64,000 bases of DNA from Spizellomyces punctatus DAOM BR117 (Eukaryota). Location: NCBI GenBank assembly GCA_000182565.2, contig KQ257450.1; one strand, given 5' to 3'. Below, piece after piece: positions 16,473 to 29,777 of the stretch. The stretch's first letter is position 1; every line of letters begins with the position of its first letter. The notes beneath the pieces were generated by a model, which worked only from the letters and a program-made list of their open reading frames with translations, was not told the origin of the DNA and did no database searches. The translations under genes were made by a program, and so were the position numbers.

Positions 16473-18481
16473 ATGTCCTCCCAAGGACATAGCTACCCTG
16501 GGGAGCGGGTTACTTTAGTTCCTCGAGCTAAAGGTCCTGTAAAATCAAACTTCCGAGCAAGTCACGTCCCGCAACAACGTCCCCGGGTGATGCTGAAGAA
16601 GATGCATCAGGAGCGAGCGTATATGGCGGACTTACTGGATCGACTGAATGCTGAGCAAAAGAAAGATGTTGGAACAGTCTGGTCCGGTTATCTCAATCCT
16701 GATGTTACAAACAAGAAGTATAAAGAGGTTGAAACTGCTGCTAAGGGAAAAGAAAAGGAGGCTGACAAAGCTGGCAATTGGATTAGTAAAAGCGCCGTAA
16801 ATGTTAATACCGAAGTCCTTGATGGCAACTTGGCTTCCAAAGGGCCTACAGCTGCCCAATCAGGAGCTGAGAATACAATTGGTGGAGTAGATCGGACACT
16901 TGATGAAAAGACCATCCACAACGTCACCGATCTACATGACGTTCTAGAACAATATGATGCAGTCAAGGTACGCCAGATTCTCTCCCCACCTCTCCCGGAG
17001 ACAGAAGCAGCGCCTCCGAAAGCTGCACATCAGTTACCAACCCTGCCCGCACATGTACGAGCGCGAATTATTCCGTCACCGTATCTAAACATGACCAAAC
17101 ATGATGAGTGGAAGACGCACAAAGAAATTGACGAAATACTAGATCGAAAGGACTGGACGTATAAGCAAAATCAATTTGCAAAAGCTGACCAGTTGGAAAA
17201 GTTGTATAAATTTGTACAAAAGGTAAACTCGCGTAGAACCGAGCTGCTAGGATTTTCTCGCCAATTATGTGTATTGAATACAGGAACTCGAAGCACTAGA
17301 TGCTCCCCCCTCCGGACCCGATTTTCGACGGCTGCAAGTTTACAGCGCCGCCTTTGAGAAAGTCATTGCAGAATTCAAATTATACGGTCCCATTTTAGCT
17401 GAGATCAAGGTAGAGAAAAGTACCGACAAAGTAGCTTGCACATATATTAATCAAACTGACAGAACGAATACGATAAAACCATCGCAAGCTTCCATAACGA
17501 CCAGCGTGAATTAAATTTTCTGAGAACCAAAGTTCAGAAACTTCTGTCACAAAATGAGAACAGGTTATTACTAAAGTACGAGCGAAGGAAGAGCAAGCGC
17601 TTGGAAAAGCAGTTAGAGGAGCTGGAAGGTACATTATTTGTGAATGGTATTGAGGTGTAATTAAGGACTAAAATGACACAAATTGCGTTGGTTCAGCGGA
17701 AAATCACCAGTAAGATATTCAAAGTGCCGTGCTGTGCTCAACAATTAGAATGCTAAAACTCGTTGTCGAAGGCTGAGAGATGATTTGCGACGAAAGCTGG
17801 CCATTTACGCGGCGTATCTACCCTCATCGACTCTTGAAAAAAAGAAGAAAGAAGATACTAGTACGTTAACCTTGCGGTCGTGTCAACAATTGTCTCGACT
17901 CAATGATTGCAGCTTTGGCAGAGATTGCTGATGAGATCAAATCGTTCAAGATTGGCGACGATCCTGTCTCGGTATAGTGCTACATGCATTGCTATGTTGA
18001 GAAGGAAGGCCTCGAGAGTAATACCGCTCCAGGTTTATGAACGGAAGATTGGAGCCCTCGAGGTGGAAGTGACGGAACGTAATGGTCAGATCGAGGCGCT
18101 GAAAAAGGCGCAAGCAGAGGACTATGTCCCACGAGCAGAAAAGGAGAAAACTGATGTTGCACTGAGAGAGGCAGAGGTAACGCTAGAGACCTCGACCTTT
18201 TATGAAAGCTATTATCTTGTTTGCAAACTAAGACCCGTATTCAGACTCGACTGGAAGACCTGCAGCGACAGAACGCGCTGCTGGAGCAGGAGTTGCACGA
18301 CCAGAAGGCCGAATTGTCAACAGTGTCTAGCACTTTGAGAGAGAAACAGGAGCAATACCAATTCTTACTCAAGGAATACAAGTAAGTGATATTTGCAATT
18401 TGCACCGCATCTTTGGACACTAAACGAACCCTGCTCATAATAAAGTGAATTATCGGAAGCTGTAGCAGTTTCATTCGATAA
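16473..18481 (+). CDS. Coiled-coil protein with a TSNAXIP1-N/C6orf118-like segment (putatively flagellar)
   Basis: Large first exon (ORF 16443-17357), then ELEALDAPPSGPDFRRLQVYSAAFEKVIAEFKLYGPILAEIK and several coiled-coil exons separated by GT-AG introns. Family call rests on motif resemblance only. Confidence 0.5.
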
Positions 18482-18667
18482 TAAATTGCTCAAAAAGGTA
18501 TAATTTTGTATTTCCAAATCGCCTTGGTCACGTCTCTTTTCACGGTCCCTGCAAGTAACTCATCTATATTTACACATCCCATAGGAGTGATCGTTAAACA
18601 TCTCCACGGACCATTTAGTCCACAGCTTTCCTACGCTTGTTTATTAAATAGTGGATCGGATTCAGCG

Positions 18668-19779
18668 CTAGCTATAGCTATAGCTGGCTTTGTTGTGCAT
18701 GATGAGTCGATCATCGACAAAGTAGAAACTATCTGATAGTGTCGATCCGGGATTGTCAACCATCTCTTGCACTACATAGAAATTGCGTCAGTGATATTAC
18801 TGAGCCAGGTTGATTCAGATATGTCAATAAGTAGGCCTTGAACTTACCTTGCTTTTCAGTCAGTTCTGGTAGCTAGAGTGCAGATAATGTTGTTTAACAG
18901 ATATTCTTACCAACCGTGAAGCAAAATTACTTACGGAATAAACTGCCTCCCATGTATTGACACTATTAGGGATACAATACCCAAACGTGAAATCAAAAGA
19001 CTTGAGGAGTTTTCCTTTGAAGTAATGTCGCTCAATCATCCGAAAGTTCTGGATACCTTCGGGACAAACAGCGAAAACTAATCTGGTAGAGGTTGAGGTT
19101 GGAAGAATATGAGATGACCAATAACTAACATGAAATGATATTTTTCGTACGTTGTGCCAACTGTTTTGTAGGAGAGAAAGTCGACCGGGAAAGTATAGGC
19201 AATTGTCCGCAGCTCGTCACCGCTGCAGAAGAAGATCGGGTCAGCTATTCAGCCTTCAGTTTCCCTCCTCATGATCTCCAGATATGAATATCTCACCCGC
19301 TCAAGTCCCGTTCCTTCCAGTTGATCTCAACCGACGGTCGTTTGACTTCGAAAACGACCTAGAGAAGGACACTATGGGCACGTGTCCACTCAATCGTGAG
19401 ACGCAACACATACACTACCTTACTTGATTCCATGTCACGAATTCGAAACTCAAGGAACTTGAATATAATAAATGAATAAATAAGTAGAGTTTCTAGTGTT
19501 ATGCTTTGACTTGGAAGCAAACCTCAATGTACTTATTCAAACTAAGCGGGCACAGGAACTGATTCAGCGTCAGATGTCATACAATTGAGAAGGCAAGAGT
19601 TGAGAACTTTGTCAACAGGTACCTTGTCAGTTGGTTTGGTATATCTGTCCCATAATAACCGAAAATGGTCGAAATTTAGCAAGATTCCTTTAGTCTGCAC
19701 AATCGAACTAACGCACATACTTCAGAACCATTTCCGGGGTAACATTCTGCGGTCGGGTACTCTTGCTTTTATTTGCCAT
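18668..19779 (-). CDS. UNC119: UNC119 (PDEdelta-fold) myristoyl-cargo ciliary trafficking protein
   Basis: Spliced minus-strand translation includes [36 protein letters not shown] and [21 protein letters not shown]. It is missing from the ORF track because the exons are short. Confidence 0.88.
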
Positions 19780-19988
19780 GTTGGGTGCTGTAGGGGAACG
19801 GTGTGCTGTGCGGTAGTAATATCGGCCAGAACTTTGGGTCGCCCAAGGTGGACGATCTTGACGCGAGCTGCTGTGTCAGCACACGATAAGGCGCAGCCGG
19901 CGCGCTGTCCTGGTCGCCCATGGCAACAGCGGAGTCTGAATTTCAGTTCGCATCGGTTGCAGGTTTGACCAGTTGACTAGCAAGCATC

Positions 19989-20676
<688 letters not shown>

Positions 20677-20934
20677 TTGCGTCCTTGTAGAATATTTTTT
20701 ATAGCAGCATTTCTTGTATATATTGTTCAGTAGCAGATAGACAGAATTTACTGATTGGCACCCAATTCATGCTCGGGCTGTGGCAATGAGCCAGACTGTA
20801 TTCAGACTGTATTCATCGCTGCTTTGAACACTACTCATACCTAAGCATTGGCGGCGTTCTTCCTGCATAACGACTAGAACGGATTGTAGCCTATGTCTAG
20901 CAAGGACAACCTCTAAATAACACGTTTCTGCCCT

Positions 20935-22402
20935 TCATCGCAATATTTGCAACTTGATCCGCATCTCCTCACAAAGGCCGTCAAGGGTATCAATCGAACG
21001 AACTAATGTAGCCAAACGGGGACTTGCAGATTCCACGGTCAATTCATCAAGAATTTCAACCGGTCGACCTTTGTATGTGCTGGAAGCAAACAGGACAATG
21101 TCATTAATCGAGAGGGCAACAGGAAGATTGGGGCGCCGTTACACCTACTCAAGCTTGATGTTTTTGAACTTCCCCAGGATTTTGCTCTGAAACTGCAACG
21201 GAATGCCCGGTTGATGGAAGTTCAAGGCATATACCGACACCACGAGATTCGATTGGATAACATGGAACTCCACAACTAGATCATCCGGCAAATCTGGTGC
21301 GAATACCTTTGGTGTCATACTGGAGAGTTGGGAGAAGATACAAAATATAAAGTTGGAACGACGGCGATAGTATACCTTGATATCACACTCCTTATTTGGA
21401 AAGATATCTGACTCATCGATTCGAACGAGCGCAGCTTTGGCTTTCTTGACAATGGCTGACACACGGTTCAACAGCTATTACATGATGGAAAAGACGCATA
21501 AGCTGGAGAGTACGAATAATGCTCGCCATTCTCGAGCATACCTGCATAAGGCTGTCTCGATCATGCGCTGCATTTGGTTGTGACTCGAAAGCCTCAAGAG
21601 CTAACAGTAGGTAGTTGCGGGCTGTTTGGACCTTCCAAACGCCCATGCATTAGGCGATACATTATGGATAGCGCTGGACGAGCATCGACGCACCTGGTGC
21701 AGGACGGGTGGGTTGGCTGAATTTATCGTTAATTTTATTACATTCCCTCGATTGTAATGTGGCAGTTTTAGCGTGAGCTCCTATATAAACAAAACTGTCA
21801 GCTTTTGGGACCAAAATGACAAATCGATTACGTCACTGAGGATATCGCACCCCTTTAACGATGGCGGTCCCATCTATTGTAACGAATCCCTTCAACAAGT
21901 CGCTACTACAAAATACAATGTTAGCCACAGAAGACATGTAACCAGTGAGTAGCTTTCCTCGTACTTTGCTGATGTTACTGCTAGCGTTGCAGAGGCGGTC
22001 GACCGCTGATTTGGTCCTATTTAACCTGAGACTTAGGGAAGGGAAATGAAGGACATTGATGCATAATGAAATAGTACCTGCGTCGGCGGAACTGGGAGTG
22101 CAGCACGCCAAGCCGGTCTAAGAAAAGACAAAATGGCTACGTCAGATTGCCGAAACGAGACCATGTTTCCATCTTTCCGCCGTTGCAGTGATAGCAATGA
22201 ATAGGACAATTACCTTAATGATGGTTCCAACTTCTGCGACCAGCGGTGGGGCTTGAGTTTCGAGCATCCATAGCAATTCTGCTCTCTAGAATGAGACATG
22301 CAAGGAGGCATGAGCACAAACAGTCAGCAAACAAGGTAACAAAAAAACGAAAACCGGCAGTGAGACGCGACATCTGGCGACAGATGACAACGCGGTGAAC
22401 AT
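20935..22402 (-). CDS. Rogdi/Rav2-family (RAVE complex) protein
   Basis: Exons RAELLWMLETQAP, LKGFVTIDGTAIVKG, KVFAPDLPDDLVVEFHVIQSNLVVSVYAL and VEILDELTVESASPRL; start approximate. Confidence 0.75.
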
Positions 22403-23255
22403 AGTGGCTTGCAACGCATGCACTCCACCGTCTCCAGCATTCGCCCCTTTAGTATAGAGTCGCCAGTCTGTTTTTACTTACAAGGACGGACTCCTCCTTT
22501 GACAATGTCGTAGGCGCATTTGGGACATTGGTTGCAGAGGCAACGTCCATGGCGAGAGACAAAAAAGTGTTCGAGAGTACCAACACGTAGGAGTTGTAGT
22601 TATATCGGAACGCGCAGACGCAAGCGCGGAGTTTGGGCCAAATTATAAACGGCTGGGATCGGTCTTTGAGCAGCTTCTTTTTTTAATACTTTTGGACCTG
22701 CGGGGGTCGTTGGAGGCTTGCGGCCTTTATAGACCAGATAACGAGGGGAGGGTGACCCCCCTCTAGCTGCAGAGCATCCCGCGGTTTTGCACGTGGTGGA
22801 AGCCCCTTGTGACCCTTGACCCTCAATAACAACATATGACGTTACTCGTCGATAACAGTGTCGGGGCACGGCCGGCTCTATGGTTTCGATATTAATGAGA
22901 ATAACAAATTGCGTTCGTAACAAAGTTGGGCAGACACCGTGGAAGGTTTAATACAAACATAACAACAAATAACAAATGATTTCATCGTTATCCCCTTTAG
23001 GAAATTATCCTGTTGACTACCCAGAGGGGCCTATCTCCCTGCCGAATAGGTCATCCCCAAATTCTCCGGAGGTACGTCTCACTTCTCGGCAAGGAGGCGA
23101 TGTTTGGTACAGTGACGTGATTGGGCCAGCGTTAGGGGTTGAAAATGAACTGGAAAATCTTTCATATCGTAAATATGCCGTACAATTATCTACATCTATA
23201 CCCGCCATGATGGCGAAAAGTAGAGCCACCTCAGCACCAAGCCCTACGGGTAGCC

Positions 23256-24389
23256 CTAAGCATCCTTTTCAGCTCTCCAGTCTATCTTATGTTTTGGCTC
23301 CACCTTTGGCATCATACTCTCGACAATCCAGTCGACATCACTTATCCTCCATTGCCATCTCAGCTTCCATTCCCCTGCGGCATCCAACTCGAAAACTTCG
23401 TCCCATGGTGTAAAATGCGGGCTGATGAACTGTAATTCGACCCGTCGTCTCCTATCCCTAATTAATGGCATATCACTCTTCACATCTGTCACCACAAACT
23501 CCACGTCCAAATCTACTCTGACATCCACCTTGAAGAACACTCCATCGTCCATAGCTCGCTGCATAATTTCCTTCTGTCGCGGATGTGAACTGAACGTTGA
23601 ATCTTCCTCGGGTATGACCAGCTCGATCAAACTCCACCACTGTTGGGCGACGTACCCGGAAGTTGGTGCTGGGTATGGTCCATATGTAAAGTGCAGTCCA
23701 GTTACAGTTATCTTTGGCTTCCCATTCAACAAGAATTCCACCCGCTTCCCTTGACTTAATAATGTCCTATACCCTGCTGCGAATCGATCCGCTACGGCCT
23801 TTACCATCACGGTTCTCAAAGACTCTTCGTCGCCTGCTCGGTCAGGAGCAGATAATGCCTTGAAAAGCTCCTCCGTTACGATGGAAACATCTTCACAAAA
23901 TTGGTCTGGGAAGTCGTACGTGGGATGATTAAGATGTTTCCGCGCACGGGCAGTTCCAACAGTCAGAAAGTGCTTGTCTCTCAGAGCTGACCAAAATGTG
24001 GGACGAGCACGTCTGGAAGGAGAAATGCTGAGAAGCCAGGGATATTCAGCGATTTCGGCCGCGAGAGAGGATGCTTTTTTATCAAAAAGAACAGGTAGAG
24101 GGAAGGAGGATGACTTCGCTTTTACAGAAGGGCCTATAGAGGAGACTTTTCGATTCCCAAGGTCGGACTGGCGCGGCGTGCTGGGTATAGTTGAGGTGGG
24201 AGGTAGGGGAGAAGACTGCTTGCTCTGATGCTGTTGTGTGGAATTATCAGAGGGCTCGGCCAATGCCGTTGCTTGTGAAGATGACCACCTTCGCAGCGCA
24301 CATCTTGAAGCAGAACTCTGATGTTGACGCACAAGATGGCGATGACACACCAAAGTTCTTCCCCACAATGACGTTCGTGAACTCGCCAT
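23256..24389 (-). CDS. Probable mitochondrial protein with C-terminal Tim44/NTF2-like fold (MAIP1/Mba1-like)
   Basis: Single long ORF. The Arg/Ser/Leu-rich N-terminus (MASSRTSLWGRTLVCHRHLVRQH...) resembles a presequence; it ends ...KLRWQWRISDVDW, similar to Tim44-like C-termini. Confidence 0.5.
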   Translation of the reverse strand: MASSRTSLWGRTLVCHRHLVRQHQSSASRCALRRWSSSQATALAEPSDNSTQQHQSKQSSPLPPTSTIPSTPRQSDLGNRKVSSIGPSVKAKSSSFPLPVLFDKKASSLAAEIAEYPWLLSISPSRRARPTFWSALRDKHFLTVGTARARKHLNHPTYDFPDQFCEDVSIVTEELFKALSAPDRAGDEESLRTVMVKAVADRFAAGYRTLLSQGKRVEFLLNGKPKITVTGLHFTYGPYPAPTSGYVAQQWWSLIELVIPEEDSTFSSHPRQKEIMQRAMDDGVFFKVDVRVDLDVEFVVTDVKSDMPLIRDRRRRVELQFISPHFTPWDEVFELDAAGEWKLRWQWRISDVDWIVESMMPKVEPKHKIDWRAEKDA

Positions 24390-24566
24390 TTGCTCGTTGT
24401 AAGAACAGCCAAACTCAATCTGGAGCAAGCATGCAAGCGATCTGAGGGTGAAGATTGCCATAGCAACAAAGTAGCACGTGATGAACCTGCACTCGTTCCA
24501 CAAGCTGTGGTTCTGTTTCCACTACCTACAGTTGAAAGTCCTACATAATTTCTGCGTAAAGCCCTT

Positions 24567-27500
24567 TCACTCCACATGAATTTTCCAATCTCGTCCCACC
24601 CAAGCCTTCGGGTCCTTTACCACTATCTTATAAACATCTCCGTCTACCTTCTCCCCGGTAAACTCTAGCTGTCTACCATCCAATTCCACTTTCTTGGGTA
24701 AGGCTGACAGTCCAGTAATAATCAATCTCTCCACACGCGCACTGAGTGCATCTACATCGGCATCGGACAGTTTGGCATCATTGCCAAGTCGAACCCCACG
24801 CGCTGATAAAGTTCCGCTGGAGTACGAGAGCTCGCTCAATACATACTTGCCCTCTCTGAAACGGAAACTGTGTCCATCGTCAGCATATATAGTGCCAGTT
24901 GCCTCGCCCTATACGGTTTATTGAAAGTCAAGTCAGACTTGGCCTAAAGAATTGTGAGCGAGTGATGTTCTCAGCGTACCTTGTGGTCAAGCGCAACCAG
25001 TAGCGTGTAGGGATCGTGCAACATGAGGTTAGACGCACGCCGGATTCGCTCGCGTCTGGGAAGTATGGTTCCTCCTCGCAAAAGCACAGGAATTTTTTCC
25101 AGTGGTGTCTTGACATTCAGAACTCCGGCGGCTGATGGGGCAACTTTTCCCAACGATGTGTAATCATACCAAACCGCGAGCTTTGGCAGATATACGTCGA
25201 CACTACTTTGGTCTTTCTGCACAACGGGTTTTATCAAAAGCCCTTTTCCCAGCATGAACTGGTCGCCCATTCCGAAAGTATTTTCATCCTCAGGAAATTC
25301 AGATACCATGGGCCTGAGACAGCACCTGTCAGCAAAGCGTCCGTTACAGCGAACCTAGAGGAGGCCACATACCGCATAATCGGAGATCCGTTCTGCGTCG
25401 ATTGCCAGAATAACGTGTACAAATACGGCATAATCCTGTACCGTTGTCGGATGGCTTCACGGATCAGACTTGTATACGGCTCACCGAAAAGCCAAGGCTC
25501 ACGGCGCTTCGTATCAATGTGTGCATGCGCGCGGAAGAAAGGTTGGAATGCTGCAACCTGGTACCAGCGGAGAAGCAAGTCAGGTTCAGGGTTTCCAAAG
25601 AAGCCACCGACATCAGCTAAAGTTTCCGTCCTAGTCAGTATTCATAGTCATCGCAGAGCGCCGTGGCATCACCGCACCATACCTCCGCTAAAGACTACTC
25701 CCGCCACACCAATGGAAAGTATCATCGGCACAGAGGCAGCCAGATGGCCCCACTCCGCTGTATTGTCACCAGTCCAGATTGCGCCATATCTCTGGGTTCC
25801 GGCAAAGAAGGCCCGAGATAAAACAAAAGGACGATCTTCATTTTTCGACCGCAGTAAATGCCCCTCATATGTTGACCGATGTAGCAGAGTACCGTAAACA
25901 TTGTGCACATCACGATGTTCTATCCCCCCATGATGCAATGCGTCCTTTGGCATGGTAGTTTCCGGACCTGTAAAGACGGAGGGTTCATTCATGTCATTCC
26001 AGGTGTAGAGACTGGGAGTAGAGCCCTTGTACTCTGAAAACTGAAACTTTTCCGCCCAGTACTGTCGGGCAGCTGGGTCGGTGTAATCAATCCAACTGGA
26101 ACTGCCTGAAAAGGAAATGTCACTCAGGCTGTAAAACGATATCTACTTTAGTGAAAAACCAACCTGGCCAGCACCATCCGTCGAATTCGTTTCCATCCTT
26201 GTCCTTGATGAACAGGCCCTTTTCTCTGGCTTCTTTGGTAACGTAGTAGCCATCATCGCGCTTGATATGAGGGTCGATGATGGTGACCATCTTCCGGCCT
26301 GTGCCAGCTAGATTGTTTTGCATGGTTTCCGGATTCGGGAATTTTGTTTTGTCCCACGTGAAGTACTTTTTGCCATCGGTGTGTTCGATATCCAACCACA
26401 GAACATCATACGGGATGTCATGCTTTTCAAATCCTGCGTTGACATCTGCAACATCCTGCTCATCCATGTAGTTCCATCGGCATTGGTGATAAGCCGTGGC
26501 AAAATGCTGTGGCATCGCTGGGCGCCCAGTAATGGCAGTGAAGGAGTCAAAGATATCATTTGGTGTCGATCCCACGAACACAAAGACGTCCAAGACCCCG
26601 GACTCGGCCATCCAATGTGTGGAAGTGGTAGTAGCACTTGTCTCTTTGGACGTTGCAAATGGAATATAACTAGCGAGCTTTGACTTTAATGTAACTGTTA
26701 GAAGTTACAAAGCTGTAGGTTCCCAGTTACAAGAGCTCACCAAAGTGCCTGTTCCCTTCGACTTTTCGACGTCGATCCACATTTCAGCGGAATTTAACCA
26801 GAAGACGCCAGAAGAAACGCCTTTCTTGTGGGACATCATAAATGGGATAGATCCATACAACGCCATGGGACTGTCCAAGATGTACTCAAAGACATCAAGG
26901 TTGTACAGGCGATATGGTTGATCGTATTCCCTGTTCTCCCCTCTGCAGAAAAATGCGGCGGATATGCAAGTAAGCCATGTATCGGTTGATGCGAGATGTT
27001 GCCGAATCCTTCTTACCGCGTTGTCTTCAAAGAAAATGTGGAGGCGTGTTGCGGAAGCCCATAAACATTACTGGATCCCGGGAACGACACGTCGAATCCG
27101 ATGGATGCAGGACCTAAGGGTCAAATGAGTATGTTATACACATAGTCACAGATACACCGCCATCGTCATTACCAACCATTCGGCTTGGAGTCCGTTTTTC
27201 CGTTGAAAGTCTCTTCCCACAGATCTTTGTTGAGTGCCTCCTGCAATTTCGTAATCTCATCATCTTTATTTGCTCCTTCTTCAACTGGCACATTCCCATC
27301 CGCAGCGCTAGCTGCCTGGTTCTCCAATGCTGGTGTACTCTCCTTGCTTCGGGAATGTTCGTAGTACAAGTATCCCTTATCGTTGAACGACACTGCAGGC
27401 ACCCCGTTCACAGACAATTCAAATCTAAATGGTCTGGCATGTAGGACCAACAGATTCTTCCCGGATACCCCAAAATGAACAGCTATTTCCTCTCCAGTCG

Positions 27501-27936
27501 AAGTACGATTCACTTTGGCAATAGGGACCGAAGCAGGCAGTGATGATGCAAGGGCGAGGTCACCAAGGAGTTCATAGCGCGGCTTTATGGGAGGAGCTTC
27601 CTTGATTCGCACTCGAGCAGTGTCGTGCTCCAGCAAAAACAATTCGAATATGAAAGGGGTCTTTTGTTTTTGGTCCAGCAAGTGTGCCGTGACAACACCT
27701 TTCCCTTCGTCTATTTTAAGGGAATCTGGGAGGAGTTCATACTGAGACCCAAAACTGGGAACTTTATCAACTAGATCCGCAAAAGCACTCTGCCTCACGC
27801 AGAAACCACTTTGCTGGCATGTCTTGAAATCCCCGTGTTTGACCATCACAATGTCTTTTGCAAAGAGAAGCACTACAAGGCAGATGATGTGCACAAGTCG
27901 ACGCGTCATCCCCACCGCAACCCCACGAGGAAACAT
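24567..27936 (-). CDS. ROT2: ER glucosidase II alpha subunit (GH31)
   Basis: Signal peptide then VKHGDFKTCQQSGFC; YHQCRWNY, WLDIEHTDGKKYFTWD, WNDMNEPSVF, WTGDNTAEW, QPFFRAHAHIDTKRREPW. Confidence 0.96.
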
Positions 27937-28556
27937 GGTGGAGCGACGGCTTCGTTGAAAGTGAGCGGCTACTGTATGCAGGTCCAAGTGATGGCAGTGA
28001 ATGGGAGTGATAGCAAGGTCAAAAGAAGTTTGACGAAGGAAGGGCGAGGGCGATCGTCGAGCTTACGCCTGACGTGTTGTTTCATGGCAACAAAATGGTG
28101 ACTACGCCACCATCCTCTTGGTCAATAAAAGAGCTCGTTCTTTCTTCTCCTCCCCGAGTTTGCGTGTTCAAAACTGTTGGAACACATGTCAGATTCCACT
28201 CGGCGATGACGATGAAGTCTGCTCCAGCCTGCCAACGCGATTCGTTTCATATTTGTGCTGTTGGCAGTCTGTGGTTGACTCTTTGGCAAGTGTGTCCACC
28301 CCACTACTAGAGTTGCAAGGCCTTTCGTCGTGGTTTTGCTAACGGGACAATGTGGGAATACTTACTACATCCACCCTATCGTGCGAGTCTCGCTATTTGG
28401 CTTGGCACTATCATTGGAGATGTCATATCTTGTCCGTGGAAGCAATAAAGCGGCCATCTCAGTCATGGCTACCTGTTGGTTATAGAAAACATTATTATTG
28501 TCGGAAACAGGCAAAAGCCCCATCGCTCTATGTACATTTGGACCATGCACCATACT

Positions 28557-29414
28557 TCACTTTCGAGTATAGCCAAGCACATCCGCTAAACCCTCCTGCT
28601 CTCTTGCCTTTATATACTCCTAGGGTGGGAATTAAGTCGCCGTGAACTGGAAGCGGGTGCTACACATCAACATACCTGCCACGCCTCTACCTCAGATTGG
28701 CTTTGCTGCTCTGACACATACATTGATAACACAGTGCCAACCAACCATACTGCTCCCAGTCCGATGACCCACGGAGTCATGATTTTGCCAATGTTGGTTG
28801 GAGTCTGTCCGTCGCCCCAGAAAGCCTGCGGCTGACCGGCAGCAGTAGTTGGCGCTCGGGTGTAGGACACGACGGGTGCAATACGGGTCGCGAGGATATA
28901 GTCGTATTCGGCACGTTTACGAGGATCGGACAATATGGCGTATGCATTTTGCACGAGAATGTAGGTCTGATTACATTGTGTCCGTTCTTCTAAAGGCTTG
29001 GAGATGGTACGGTCCGGGTGATATTCCATAGAAAGCTGCAGAAAACAAAAGCAGGGTTACCGCTTGTCCTGTAAATCCACTGAACCAAACTGTAATTGCA
29101 GATTCGACTTGCATCGTAATAAAATACGCAAATGGCAAACAAGCATGCGCGAACATGAGATGATGCATAGACTTCACTTCTTCCTATACCAATTGGCATT
29201 TTACCTTGTAATACTGTGATTTAATGTCTTTCAATGAAGCTCCCCGCGCAACATGCAAAACATCATATGGTGACTTTTGATGATCCCAACGAGTCGTGAG
29301 CATTTGAGATATGCGACGAATTCGATCCCTTCGGATGTCAACTGAACCGACACGGACACATTGTGATTGGGAGACTCGTCGACAAGTGCCGAGCAGAGGT
29401 TGCCATGAGATCAT
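28557..29414 (-). CDS. J-domain (DnaJ type III) membrane protein, likely mitochondrial
   Basis: SPYDVLHVARGASLKDIKSQYYK|LSMEYHPDR...AYAILSDPRKRAEYD (HPD motif), C-terminal TM segment, two introns. Confidence 0.85.
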
Positions 29415-29777
29415 CCTTTTGCCTGTTGGTTTTGTTGTGTGCGGTGGTCCATTCAGTCATCGTTTACGACTCACGTGCCATCCGCTTAAATAATCTGCTT
29501 TTGTTCCAAGGGGGACTTCCCCGCGTTCTCCAGGAGGCGAGGAGAACGTTCATCGGGCAGGCGACCAATAATACGCTCCCCCTGGCTGGAACATCTGAAG
29601 ACATGCGCAGCAATCAGCGTGGCCCCCATTTCGTCTATAAAAGGAGGGTGGTTTCTGCCCTCCCCCTACTTATCCACTCTTCCCCAAACGCAACTTCCGG
29701 CAGTTGCCATCGACCCATTCCCACTACGGCGTGCTGGCACCCGTTGGTTCTGGACTGCAGTTGTCGTCTACGCGTGT

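Noticed and set aside
23130-23142. AACCCCTAAC on the minus strand as a telomerase RNA template
   Set aside because: It is a short match about 115 nt past a stop codon (likely 3' UTR), implies an unverified telomere repeat, and has no recognisable pseudoknot.
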